From Bacteroidota bacterium (lineage in GTDB: Bacteria > Bacteroidota > Bacteroidia > 2-12-FULL-35-15), in NCBI GenBank assembly GCA_052389695.1, contig JBQTHQ010000008.1:1-63760 (forward strand): a DNA stretch of 63,760 nt. The letters are read 5' to 3'. The notes beneath the pieces were generated by a model. It was given only the letters and a program-made list of their open reading frames with translations. It made no database searches and was not told the DNA's origin. Shown one piece after another: positions 17,794 to 27,160 of the stretch (its first letter is position 1; each line of letters begins with the position of its first letter). Both the position numbers and the translations under genes were made by a program.

Positions 17794-19371
17794 TCAACGT
17801 TTTGCTATTTTCAATAACCGGGTAAATGAATCGGTTTCAAGAGTAATAAAAAATATACCAGCAGCATGATCCGAAAGATCAATTTTAATTTGTTGAGATG
17901 AAGTTTCCTGGTACATTATCATTTGTCCTATTATATTACGAATGAAGATCCTGCTTTTAAGCGCTACCGGCATATCAATTGTAACAATTCCTGATGTGGG
18001 ATTAGGATAAATGGCAACTGAGTCAGAAATTGCTGCTTCATTAATTCCCGTTACAACGATCAGATAACAAGAGGAAGTATCCGAACAACCATTTTCTGTA
18101 ACAACTACCGCATAATAGCCATCTGATGTAGGCGAAAAACTTTGAGCGGTTTCTCCCGGTATATCATCTGTAGGGTAACAACTTATCCATTGATAAGTAA
18201 CTCCGGCTGAAACATTATTAGCAGTCAGGGTAACTACATTAACCGTTACAGATGTATCAACAGAAGTAACGATCACATTTTGTTGTTGAGTTGAGGTATT
18301 ACCATTTCCATCATCGTATGTCCAGGTAATTGTATAGGTACCTTCGGAATTATATGTTAATGGATCAGTGGTATTTCCTGTAATGGTACCGACACAACTA
18401 TCAGTAGCCGTTGGACTGTTCTGAACTGTTACAGAACACACTCCCGTAACATCAGATAAAGTAATTGAATCTTTATGCGGTGCAGTAATATCGTCTATTA
18501 TAACATCTTGTGTTTGTGTTGTAATGTTTCCATTTTCATCATCATATATCCAGGTAACTGTGTATGTACCTTCAACATCATACGTTAAGGGATCTGTAGT
18601 GGCGCCTGTTATAACGCCTGCGCAATTATCAGTGGAAGTAGGAGATGCCAATGTCACACTGCATTCAGCTGTTATCTCAGGTAAAACAGCTACATCTTCA
18701 ACAGGAGAACTTATATCATCTATAATGATGTTTTGTGTTTGTGTAGATGTATTACCATTTCCATCATCGTATGTCCAAGTGATCATATGTATTCCTTGCT
18801 CATCATAAAATAATGTATCCTCGGTTGTTCCCATAATAATGCCTGTACAATCATCAGTGGCAGTTGGTATTGTAGATACTGTTAGACTACATTCTGCAGT
18901 CAGATCAGGCAAGGTTCCAATAGTCGCTACAGGACCAGCTACATCATTAACGTTGACGGATACAGGAGTGATCGAATCATTTGAAATATCTACATCACCT
19001 GCAAGAGTTGTATATGCCTCAAAAACATATACACCATTTGCACTCAGATCAGCTATAGTTGTAACGATAACATTTTGCTTTCCACCGGATATTAAAGTAC
19101 CGGTAGTCAAAACAATATTAAAATTTTGACTACTTGCGCCGGAAACAGCAACAACTACAACAACACTATCTACAGAAAAATCAATAGATGCTACATCAAA
19201 ATTTTGAATGGTAACAGTAACTGTTTGATTAGTATCCGGACACATTGGGCTTGCTGGAATTACTAAAGCCGTAGCACCTACATCCTGTGCATCAATTTTT
19301 TGAATAAAAAATAAAAGAGAAATACTAAATAAGAAATATAATTTTGAAAATGTACTTTTTTGCATAGCCAT
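17794..19371 (-). CDS. T9SS-secreted cell-surface protein with three HYR-like tandem domains
   Basis: Has a signal peptide, then three ~75-aa repeats (TAECS.T....PTATD.C.G.I.G.T.D.L.Y...G....TWTYDDGNGNTSTQ.QN.II.D). The C-terminal type-A sorting domain reads IYPNPTSGIVTIDM...FFITLETDSFTRLLKIAKR. Confidence 0.8.
   Translation of the reverse strand: MAMQKSTFSKLYFLFSISLLFFIQKIDAQDVGATALVIPASPMCPDTNQTVTVTIQNFDVASIDFSVDSVVVVVAVSGASSQNFNIVLTTGTLISGGKQNVIVTTIADLSANGVYVFEAYTTLAGDVDISNDSITPVSVNVNDVAGPVATIGTLPDLTAECSLTVSTIPTATDDCTGIIMGTTEDTLFYDEQGIHMITWTYDDGNGNTSTQTQNIIIDDISSPVEDVAVLPEITAECSVTLASPTSTDNCAGVITGATTDPLTYDVEGTYTVTWIYDDENGNITTQTQDVIIDDITAPHKDSITLSDVTGVCSVTVQNSPTATDSCVGTITGNTTDPLTYNSEGTYTITWTYDDGNGNTSTQQQNVIVTSVDTSVTVNVVTLTANNVSAGVTYQWISCYPTDDIPGETAQSFSPTSDGYYAVVVTENGCSDTSSCYLIVVTGINEAAISDSVAIYPNPTSGIVTIDMPVALKSRIFIRNIIGQMIMYQETSSQQIKIDLSDHAAGIFFITLETDSFTRLLKIAKR
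18268..18909 (-). repeat. Three tandem ~225-bp coding repeats (HYR-like domains)
   Basis: Residues ~155-368 of the protein repeat three times with strong identity. Confidence 0.75.
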
Positions 19372-20642
19372 TATCTTAGAATTTGCAAACGATGCGAATC
19401 TAATTTAATAAAAATAAAAAGTAAAATAGTAAAGGACCATAAAGAAGATCCTCCATAACTAAAAAAAGGTAAAGGAATACCAATTACCGGAGCAAGTCCT
19501 ATTGTCATACCGATATTAATAGTCAAATGAAAGAACAAAACCGAGGCAACTCCATAACCATAGATCCTGCTAAAGGAAGAGCGCTGCCTTTCCGCCATAA
19601 ATATCAGGCGGATAATCAAAGTGAGTTGTAAAATGATTACCATCGTACTCCCTACAAACCCCCACTCCTCACCCACTGTGCAAAAAATAAAATCAGTATC
19701 TTGTTCAGGAACAAAGTCATATTTTGTTTGTGTCCCTTCCAGGTATCCTTTTCCTAAAAAACCTCCGGAACCGATCGCTATTTTTGCCTGGTTTACATTA
19801 TAACCTTCCTTTTTCAGATCAACAGTACCTCTTCCAAGCAATACGTCAATACGCACTTTTTGATGCGGTTCCATTTTTTCATAAATGTAACTCGTTCCTT
19901 TAACCATGCTGCATGCAGTCAGCCCTATCAATGCAATTACAAATAAATTTTTACGTGAACGTTTTATGAACAGTACAACTATAGCACATAAAGAACCGAT
20001 GATAATAAACAAATACAAGTTATTGATCAACAATGCAAGAATAAAAAGTACAGTCGCTAAAAAACCCAATAACAAATAATTTACTGATAATCCTTCGCGA
20101 TATAGCATAAAAATAAAAGCAACGAACACTATGGCCAATCCCGTTTCATTTTGCAATACTTTTATGATGAGCAGGGGCACTGCAATTATAATAAGTGTTA
20201 TAAAAGTATTTTTATAATCAGCGATCTTTATGTTCTGGTTACTTAAGAATTTTGCAAGAGCAAGATTGGTCGCAAATTTCATAAATTCAGCAGGCTGTAT
20301 TCCGAAATCGCCAAACCTGAACCAGGAACGGCTTCCCTTTACTTCCCTTCCAAGAAAAGGGACCGCAAGATTAACAAGAATAAAAAAAGCGAAAATAAAA
20401 TAAGCAAAAGCTGTAAAAAAGCTTTCATCAATGATCAATATAATAAGCGCCAGTAATAATGAGGTTCCTATCCAGATCATTTGTTTACCATACTTTTGGC
20501 TGATGTCTGTTATAATATAATGCTCTTCATTATAAACAGCGGCATAAATATTCATCCATCCCAGGACCACCAGAATGAGATAAAGTAATACCGTTATCCA
20601 ATCGATATTATAAAAAATATTAGTGTTGCTTTGCTGTCTCAA
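19371..20642 (-). CDS. rodA: Peptidoglycan glycosyltransferase RodA (SEDS family)
   Basis: 423 aa, polytopic. Has PEQDTDFIF and GLAPVIGIPLPFFSYGGSS motifs and lies downstream of mrdA. Confidence 0.9.
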   Translation of the reverse strand: MRQQSNTNIFYNIDWITVLLYLILVVLGWMNIYAAVYNEEHYIITDISQKYGKQMIWIGTSLLLALIILIIDESFFTAFAYFIFAFFILVNLAVPFLGREVKGSRSWFRFGDFGIQPAEFMKFATNLALAKFLSNQNIKIADYKNTFITLIIIAVPLLIIKVLQNETGLAIVFVAFIFMLYREGLSVNYLLLGFLATVLFILALLINNLYLFIIIGSLCAIVVLFIKRSRKNLFVIALIGLTACSMVKGTSYIYEKMEPHQKVRIDVLLGRGTVDLKKEGYNVNQAKIAIGSGGFLGKGYLEGTQTKYDFVPEQDTDFIFCTVGEEWGFVGSTMVIILQLTLIIRLIFMAERQRSSFSRIYGYGVASVLFFHLTINIGMTIGLAPVIGIPLPFFSYGGSSLWSFTILLFIFIKLDSHRLQILR

Positions 20643-22479
20643 CTGTTTTTGCTTTATGAATAAGATCCCCTTCTATCATTCTTTTTTCCAGATCAGGACG
20701 GGTAATTTTTCCGGTTAAATATTTTTCCATCATTAACCTGGCTATTGGCCCTGCCCAGGTAGAACCAAATCCTGCATTTTCAATTAATATCCCAATGGCT
20801 ATTTTGGGATCATCTTTTGGCGCAAAACATACAAAAACAGAATGATCTTTTCCATGAGGATTTTGTGCTGTTCCTGTTTTTGCACAATAGGGAACTCCTT
20901 CTATCTTAAGCGCTCCTGCTGTTCCACTTTCAACCGCTTTTGCCATACCTCTAATTACATCATTATAAATAATGGTATCTGTAATTTTCGTATAATGTTT
21001 TACTTTGAACCTATCTAATAATGTATCATTTGCGTTACCTTTAATTGCTTTTACAATGTGCGGTGTATAATACCAGCCTTTATTAGCAATAATGGCAACC
21101 AGGTTCGCGTTTTGCAGAGGTGTAATTCCCATCTCGGCTTGACCGATACCAAGCGAAATAACTGTACTCGCTTTCCATGAACCTTTACCAAAAACTTTAT
21201 CATAATATTTTATACTGGGAACATTCCCTCTTAGTTCATTTGCAAGATCAGAACCGGTTTTTGTACCCAAACAAAAGCTGGTCGCTATATCACGCCAGTT
21301 GGCATAAGCCTTATACGTATCATTATATGTTTTATCATCAATAACACTTTTAAAAACATAAGAAAAATAAGAATTACAGGAAGTTCCCAGTGCACCTGTC
21401 AGATCCATGGGAGAAGCATGGGGATGGCATTTAGGACGGCCTCCGAGTGGAGGATAACCTCCCGCACAGGGATAACGGGTTTCAGGTGTTAGTACATTTT
21501 CGTGCAAACCAATAAGCGCCATTACCAATTTGAATGTAGAGCCCGGAGGATAGGACGCCATAGTAGACCGGTTGAACAATGGTTTACCAATACTATCTAA
21601 TGATAATAATCCAAAATTTTTATTGCGGGCTCTTCCTACCAGTAAGTTGGGATCATAGGTAGGGCTGGTAACTATGGCCAGTATTTCTCCTGTTTGTGGT
21701 TCAAGAGCAACAACACTTCCCATTTTGTTTTGCATGAGTATTTCAGCATACAACTGCAGATCGGCATCAATAGTGCTGGTCAGATCTTTGCCTGATACCG
21801 ACATGGTATCATATAACCCATTCATATAACTGCCTTTTTCACGGTTATTTACATCCCTGACCATAATACGCATTCCCTTTTTTCCGCGTAATACTTTCTC
21901 GTATGTCTTTTCAATGCCGCTAATACCCAGGTAATCACCTTCTTTATAATAGGGGTCCCTTTCGGTTGTTCCTTTATCCGCTTCACCAATATAACCCAAT
22001 GTATGTGCAGCAATTTTTTGAGGATATTTTCTAAGTGTACGAGGTTGTACCCAAAACCCGGGAAAGCGGTATAAGCGCTCCTGTAGGGATGCGTAATCCC
22101 GTGGTGATAATTGTTTTTCAAAAATGGATTCTTTACGTGGAGAATTTGGAGCCTGAATAGCCTTTAACATTTTCTTCAAAAATTGTTCTTTAGTAATTCC
22201 TAATAAACTGCAAAAATCCATGGTATCCAAACCTTTCACTTCTTTTGGCAATACCATCAGATCATAAGCAGCTTCATTATAAACAAGCAGTTTTTTATTT
22301 CTATCGTAGATATACCCTCGTATCGGGAACTCCGTTACATAGCGGAACGCTTGGTTACGTGCATCCAATTTATAACTATCATCAATTACCTGAATATAAA
22401 AAAGACGAGCGATGTAGGATAAACCAACCAGCAAAATAAAGCCGATGAGAATATATTTCCGTTCTGATAATTGATTCAT
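20620..22479 (-). CDS. mrdA: Penicillin-binding protein 2 (elongasome transpeptidase)
   Basis: 619 aa with SxxK (GSTFK), SxN (SCN) and KTG (AKTGTAQ) motifs. The N-terminal TM helix and mre/rodA context support the call. Confidence 0.9.
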   Translation of the reverse strand: MNQLSERKYILIGFILLVGLSYIARLFYIQVIDDSYKLDARNQAFRYVTEFPIRGYIYDRNKKLLVYNEAAYDLMVLPKEVKGLDTMDFCSLLGITKEQFLKKMLKAIQAPNSPRKESIFEKQLSPRDYASLQERLYRFPGFWVQPRTLRKYPQKIAAHTLGYIGEADKGTTERDPYYKEGDYLGISGIEKTYEKVLRGKKGMRIMVRDVNNREKGSYMNGLYDTMSVSGKDLTSTIDADLQLYAEILMQNKMGSVVALEPQTGEILAIVTSPTYDPNLLVGRARNKNFGLLSLDSIGKPLFNRSTMASYPPGSTFKLVMALIGLHENVLTPETRYPCAGGYPPLGGRPKCHPHASPMDLTGALGTSCNSYFSYVFKSVIDDKTYNDTYKAYANWRDIATSFCLGTKTGSDLANELRGNVPSIKYYDKVFGKGSWKASTVISLGIGQAEMGITPLQNANLVAIIANKGWYYTPHIVKAIKGNANDTLLDRFKVKHYTKITDTIIYNDVIRGMAKAVESGTAGALKIEGVPYCAKTGTAQNPHGKDHSVFVCFAPKDDPKIAIGILIENAGFGSTWAGPIARLMMEKYLTGKITRPDLEKRMIEGDLIHKAKTVETAKQH

Positions 22480-22994
22480 TGTTGCTCTTTCTTACGGTGG
22501 AATAGATATTGGCTGACAACAACCAACAACATGGTTATTACAGAACTGGCGCTTGCCCTGAAAAAAGTGGAGAAGAATTCTAAGAGCCGGAATATCTCAA
22601 TATAAAATAAAACCAGGTGATGAAAAATGATCAGTATTCCCGCATATGACAAAAACCAAGGCACTCCAAGATATTGTATGGTGGGTTGTGTACCAAATTC
22701 ATATCCATCACGCGGTGAGAATAATTTCAATATTCCCGGGCGGGTATAAGCCATAAAAACAGTAGCTGCTGCATGCATTCCCGCGGTATCATAAAACATA
22801 TCAATAGTGATCCCTAGAATAAACGCGCTTACAAGCAATAACCATTTCGGTGTTTCAAATGGCAGGACAATAATAAATAACACATACAAAAACGGATTGA
22901 TAAAACGTCCTAACTCCATATTCTTAATGATCAAAACCTGCACCAGAATAAGCGCTATAAAACGAATTATATTTCTGATTATTTCATTGATCAT
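22476..22994 (-). CDS. mreD: Rod shape-determining protein MreD
   Basis: 172 aa, polytopic, positioned between mreC and mrdA with a 4-nt overlap. Confidence 0.8.
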   Translation of the reverse strand: MINEIIRNIIRFIALILVQVLIIKNMELGRFINPFLYVLFIIVLPFETPKWLLLVSAFILGITIDMFYDTAGMHAAATVFMAYTRPGILKLFSPRDGYEFGTQPTIQYLGVPWFLSYAGILIIFHHLVLFYIEIFRLLEFFSTFFRASASSVITMLLVVVSQYLFHRKKEQQ

Positions 22995-23003
22995 TTGATT
23001 TTA

Positions 23004-23843
23004 TTATTCTTTAACATCCAACATCGTTTTCTTTTCCAGCTGTTCTTGTTCTCCCTTTAACATATTATTTACAATGTAAACGTGAGTCAGCTTTTTAAAA
23101 TCGGTTGAGAGTTTTACATTCACGGTGTAAAAATATTTCCCTGATTCTCTTTCCCAACTCTCCACAGTACCAATCATAATGTTTTCAGGGAATGTTAATG
23201 AATAAGCACTTGTTACAATTGTATCTCCTTTCATTAAACGAACATGCGTAGGAATATCACTTAGTGTAGCGTAAGCAAAACTTTCCCCATCCCAGGTAAG
23301 TGGCCCGTATGAACCGTCTTTTTTAATTTTTGAACTGATAGTGGTTTTACCATGCAACAGAGACATTACAGTACAGAAATTTTCGGATACATCTTTTACC
23401 TGTCCAACTACTCCGGTACTTGTAATAACAGCCATATTGTTTTCAATACCATGCTTCGAGCCCTTATCAAGTGTAATGAAATTATTACGTCTGTTTGTTG
23501 AATTGTTTACCACTTTTGCGCTGGTGTAGCTATATTTTTGCCGAAAGGTGGTATCATTAACAGTGTATTGATCATTCACTAATCTGGAAAAAGAAACGAG
23601 GGAATGCGAGCGCAGTTCAGCGTTTTCTTTTACAAGCCGTTCATTTTCCGCTTTTAGATTAAAATAATGCTTAATATTCGTAGATGTTTCCAGGATATTT
23701 GCTGCTACCAGGTTAGAGGAGTTAATGAAAGTTGCTCTTTGAAAATAATTATTCTGAATGAGCAGGTAAATGCAAAATGTTTCTAATAAAAGAAAAAAGA
23801 AAAAGAAATAATGTTTCCAAATAAATACAATGAGGTTACGCAT
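23004..23843 (-). CDS. mreC: Rod shape-determining protein MreC
   Basis: 279 aa with an N-terminal TM helix, a coiled segment (ENERLVKENAELR) and beta-rich domains (VITSTGVVGQV). Confidence 0.85.
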   Translation of the reverse strand: MRNLIVFIWKHYFFFFFLLLETFCIYLLIQNNYFQRATFINSSNLVAANILETSTNIKHYFNLKAENERLVKENAELRSHSLVSFSRLVNDQYTVNDTTFRQKYSYTSAKVVNNSTNRRNNFITLDKGSKHGIENNMAVITSTGVVGQVKDVSENFCTVMSLLHGKTTISSKIKKDGSYGPLTWDGESFAYATLSDIPTHVRLMKGDTIVTSAYSLTFPENIMIGTVESWERESGKYFYTVNVKLSTDFKKLTHVYIVNNMLKGEQEQLEKKTMLDVKE

Positions 23844-23855
23844 TTTCTAAATTAA

Positions 23856-23900
23856 TGATTTAGAGAGATGGTGATTTAGAGAGTTGAGTATTAGTTGATT
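23856..23900. repeat. Word-repeat tract (TGATTTAGAGAG x2 plus TTGAGTATTAGTTGATT)
   Basis: tgatttagagag occurs at 23856-23867 and 23872-23883. The tract forms the 3' end of the four-helix-bundle ORF and encodes its low-complexity tail ...NTQLSKSPSL. Confidence 0.6.
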
Positions 23901-24252
23901 TTTCTCTCATTGTTTTTCTTGATTTAGCCATAATAGAAAGTAATTCATTAGACTCTTTCAAATTTTGATTTATCTCATCTCCTATTAATACTTCGGATTC
24001 AACTAATAACTCTAACCAAAAAACAACTTCATCGGCTTCTTCCACAACAATACTCAATTTCGAAAAAAATTCCGCATCTGAACGTGACCTGCATACAGCT
24101 CTATAATTTGATGCAACAGAAAAAGCCGAACGTAAAAGCTGTTTTTTAATAATGAATGCTTCTTCGGTTTTAGGAAATGATTTTGACAATTTTATGATTG
24201 AGATTGCAAATCGCTTGGTTCTTTCTTTAAATGCATCAGAAAATTCAGACAT
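23860..24252 (-). CDS. Four-helix-bundle protein (23S rRNA IVS protein / Avd-like family)
   Basis: 130 aa with the family pattern F..R...FAI.I.KL...FPK.EE..I..Q.LRSA.SV.SNY.....S..S.AEF..KL.IV.EEADE...WL.LL. It lies between mreB and mreC on the same strand. Confidence 0.8.
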   Translation of the reverse strand: MSEFSDAFKERTKRFAISIIKLSKSFPKTEEAFIIKKQLLRSAFSVASNYRAVCRSRSDAEFFSKLSIVVEEADEVVFWLELLVESEVLIGDEINQNLKESNELLSIMAKSRKTMREKSTNTQLSKSPSL

Positions 24253-24306
24253 ATTGTAATTAGGTAATTTTATATTTTTTTTAGATTCTTCGCTAATTTT
24301 CCAATT

Positions 24307-24330
24307 CTCTATTTCTCTATTTCTCTATTT
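24307..24330. repeat. Tandem 8-mer CTCTATTT x3
   Basis: Three perfect copies. The mreB stop codon lies inside the repeat. Confidence 0.7.
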
Positions 24331-25347
24331 CATTAAGAATGGGAATTTGTCTACATTTTTAAGCGCAATTCCTGTGCCACGCGCTACAGCACGCAGTGGA
24401 TCTTCGGCAATGTGTACCGGTAATTTTGTTTTTAATGATATTCGTTTGTCTAAACCGCGAAGCATGGAACCGCCACCGGCTAAATAAATCCCAGTTCTAA
24501 ATATATCAGCGGAAAGTTCAGGGGGTGTCATTTCCAGCGCATTTAGGATCGCCTCTTCCACTTTTGAAATTGACTTATCGAGCGCGTGCGCAATTTCTAC
24601 ATAAGATACATAAATTTCTTTTGGAATACCCGTCATCAGATCCCGCCCGTGAACTGCATAATCAGGTGGAGGATTATCGATCTCGGTCATGGCAGCACCT
24701 ACTTCAATTTTTACACGCTCTGCGGAACGTTCACCGATTAAAATATTATGTTGCCTGCGCATATATTCTTCAATATTTGCTGTAAACTCATCCCCTGCTA
24801 TGCGGATGGATTTGTCACATACAATTCCGCCAAGCGCGATCACCGCGATCTCACTGGTACCACCACCGATATCAATGATCATATTTCCCATCGGCTCCTC
24901 CACATCGATGCCAATACCTATTGCAGCAGCCATCGGTTCATGGATCAAATACACTTCTTTGCCACCGGCATGTTCAGCACTATCACGTACCGCACGCTTT
25001 TCCACCTCAGTAATACCTGAAGGGATACAAATAACCATTTTTAAAGATGGCTGAAATAAATGTTTCCCCGGGTTGATCATTTTGATCATTCCGCGGATCA
25101 TATGCTCTGCGGCATGGAAATCTGCGATCACACCATCCTTCAAAGGACGTATGGTTTTTATGTTTTCGTGGGTTTTACCATGCATTTGCATCGCTTGTTT
25201 ACCCACTGCTATCACTCTGCCCGTCATACGATCAATGGCCACAATAGATGGCTCATCAACTACCACTTTATCATTATGAATGATCAATGTATTGGCCGTT
25301 CCAAGGTCAATCGCAATTTCCTGTGTTAAAAAGTTAAATAAACCCAT
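24325..25347 (-). CDS. mreB: Rod shape-determining actin homologue MreB
   Basis: 340 aa with AIDLGTANT, DIGGGTSEIAV and LAGGGSMLRGL motifs. Confidence 0.95.
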   Translation of the reverse strand: MGLFNFLTQEIAIDLGTANTLIIHNDKVVVDEPSIVAIDRMTGRVIAVGKQAMQMHGKTHENIKTIRPLKDGVIADFHAAEHMIRGMIKMINPGKHLFQPSLKMVICIPSGITEVEKRAVRDSAEHAGGKEVYLIHEPMAAAIGIGIDVEEPMGNMIIDIGGGTSEIAVIALGGIVCDKSIRIAGDEFTANIEEYMRRQHNILIGERSAERVKIEVGAAMTEIDNPPPDYAVHGRDLMTGIPKEIYVSYVEIAHALDKSISKVEEAILNALEMTPPELSADIFRTGIYLAGGGSMLRGLDKRISLKTKLPVHIAEDPLRAVARGTGIALKNVDKFPFLMK

Positions 25348-25348
25348 T

Positions 25349-25462
25349 GTTAGTATTGAGTATTGAGATGTTAGTATTGAGACTTATTCTCTGTTTTATA
25401 ATTTTAAATTTTACTATCGATTTACACAGATTAGTAAATTCGTATAAATTCGTTTTTCGTAG
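25349..25462 (+). repeat. Intergenic word-repeat tract: TATTGAG words then ATTCGT-triplet motif
   Basis: 25349-25383 reads gttagtattgagtattgagatgttagtattgagac. Hexamers ATTCGT/ATTCGT/TTTCGT start at 25438/25448/25455, again with 10+7 spacing. Confidence 0.75.
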
Positions 25463-25463
25463 A

Positions 25464-26987
25464 TTAATGTTTAAAATGCCTTGTTCCTGTCATTACCATC
25501 GACATTCCATTGTTATCACAATAGGCGACCGAATCTTTATCCTTGATAGAACCTCCCGGCTGTATTACGGATGTTATGCCTGCTTTGTTCGCTATTTCCA
25601 CACAATCCGGAAACGGAAAAAATGCATCTGAAGCCATCACCGCACCGTTCAGGCTAAAGCCAAAGTTTTCCGCTTTTACGATCGCTTGTTTTAAAGCATC
25701 AACACGTGATGTCTGGCCAACCCCGCTTGAAATCAACTGGTTATTTTTCGCAAGGATAATTGTATTTGATTTTGTATGCTTCACTAATTTATTTGCAAAC
25801 TCCAGATCACGCAGTTCATCCGCTGTTGGTGCGACTTTAGTAACAGTTTGCATATCTTTTTTTGTTTCCGTTTTCAGATCTTTGTCCTGTTCGATCACTC
25901 CATTCAACAGGGTACGGAAAGATTTAGCGGGTAATTTGACTTCTTTTTGCTGAAGAATGATCCTGTTTGGTTTTGCTTTCAACAGTTCCATTGCTTTAGC
26001 ATCATAAGCCGGAGCAATGATCACTTCAAAAAATAATTTATTGATCTCCTCTGCTGCTGCAAAGTCAACCGTTACATTGGTGATCAACACTCCGCCGAAC
26101 GCACTGGTAGGATCTCCTGCCAGTGCATCCTTCCAGGCATCCACTAACTTAGGGCGGGATGCCAATCCGCAGGCATTGTTATGTTTCAAAATAGCAAAGG
26201 TGGTATCTTTAAACTCTGCTATCAGGCTGACAGCTGCATCCACATCCAATAAATTATTGTAGGATAATTCCTTACCGCTATGTTGTGTAAACATTTCTTC
26301 CAACCTGCCATAAAACACACCTTTTTGATGAGGGTTCTCACCATAACGCAACACTTTTGAAGTTTGAATGCTTTGTTTGAATGCAACTGAACTATTACCA
26401 TTAAAATAATTAAAAATAGCAGTATCATAATGTGATGACACATTGAATGCCGCCCCCGCTAATATTTTACGCTGCTCTAATGTAGATGAACCCTTTCCTT
26501 CAGTTAATATATTCTGCACATATGCATATTCATTTTTGGAAGGAACGATTACTACATCTTTATAATTTTTAGCAGCTGCACGTATCAATGAAATACCACC
26601 AATATCAATCTTTTCAATAATTGCTTGTTCTGCAGCTCCTGAGCTAACTGTTTCCTCAAAAGGATATAAATCAACAATCACCAGATCGATTTCAGGGATT
26701 TCATATTCTTCCAATTGATCCAGATCACTTTGTAATTCCCTTCTGCTCAATATTCCACCAAAAATTTTCGGATGTAATGTCTTTACACGCCCCCCTAAAA
26801 TAGAAGGATAAGAAGTAAGCGTTTCTACCGGGGTTACATCAACACCCAGCTTTTCAATGAATTCCTGTGTACCTCCTGTGCTGAATATTTTTACTCCCAA
26901 TGCTTTCAGTTGATGAATCACAGGCTCTAAATTATCCTTGTAATACACCGAAATAAGTGCATTTTTTATTTTTTTTGATCCGCTCAT
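25464..26987 (-). CDS. purH: Bifunctional AICAR transformylase / IMP cyclohydrolase
   Basis: Probable start MSGSKKIKNALISVYYK. The C-terminus GGSIKDKDSVAYCDNNGMSMVMTGTRHFKH is typical of PurH. The track's GTG at 27005 adds 6 aa. Confidence 0.93.
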   Translation of the reverse strand: MSGSKKIKNALISVYYKDNLEPVIHQLKALGVKIFSTGGTQEFIEKLGVDVTPVETLTSYPSILGGRVKTLHPKIFGGILSRRELQSDLDQLEEYEIPEIDLVIVDLYPFEETVSSGAAEQAIIEKIDIGGISLIRAAAKNYKDVVIVPSKNEYAYVQNILTEGKGSSTLEQRKILAGAAFNVSSHYDTAIFNYFNGNSSVAFKQSIQTSKVLRYGENPHQKGVFYGRLEEMFTQHSGKELSYNNLLDVDAAVSLIAEFKDTTFAILKHNNACGLASRPKLVDAWKDALAGDPTSAFGGVLITNVTVDFAAAEEINKLFFEVIIAPAYDAKAMELLKAKPNRIILQQKEVKLPAKSFRTLLNGVIEQDKDLKTETKKDMQTVTKVAPTADELRDLEFANKLVKHTKSNTIILAKNNQLISSGVGQTSRVDALKQAIVKAENFGFSLNGAVMASDAFFPFPDCVEIANKAGITSVIQPGGSIKDKDSVAYCDNNGMSMVMTGTRHFKH

Positions 26988-27160
26988 TATTTTTATAGTT
27001 ACCACGTAAAAGTAGGAGATTTTTGTTCGCTTGAAGATGCCTTATACACTTTGTTGATAAATGTTTTTTTTGTTAATAATATTATTAAATCCAATTGGTA
27101 TAACAGCTGTTTTAACGCTTTTGTGAATTCCGGAAAAACGCTAATTCTTTAACTCAAAAA

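Noticed and set aside
23860-24252. Four-helix-bundle genes as Avd components of a diversity-generating retroelement
   Set aside because: There is no reverse transcriptase, no template/variable repeat pair and no target gene with a C-terminal variable region near either copy.
25347-25631. 94-aa + strand ORF spanning the mreB-purH spacer; an internal ATG lies exactly 6 nt after the ATTCGT triplet
   Set aside because: Most of it is antisense to the conserved PurH C-terminus, and the ATG is the complement of the terminal His codon. The 6-nt spacing is probably coincidence.
27006-27160. Possible ZTP (pfl) riboswitch upstream of purH
   Set aside because: I read the minus strand of the leader. It contains none of the conserved ZTP elements, for example no CCGCCTGGGC-type pseudoknot segment. 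It is only AT-rich sequence with a weak imperfect inverted repeat.
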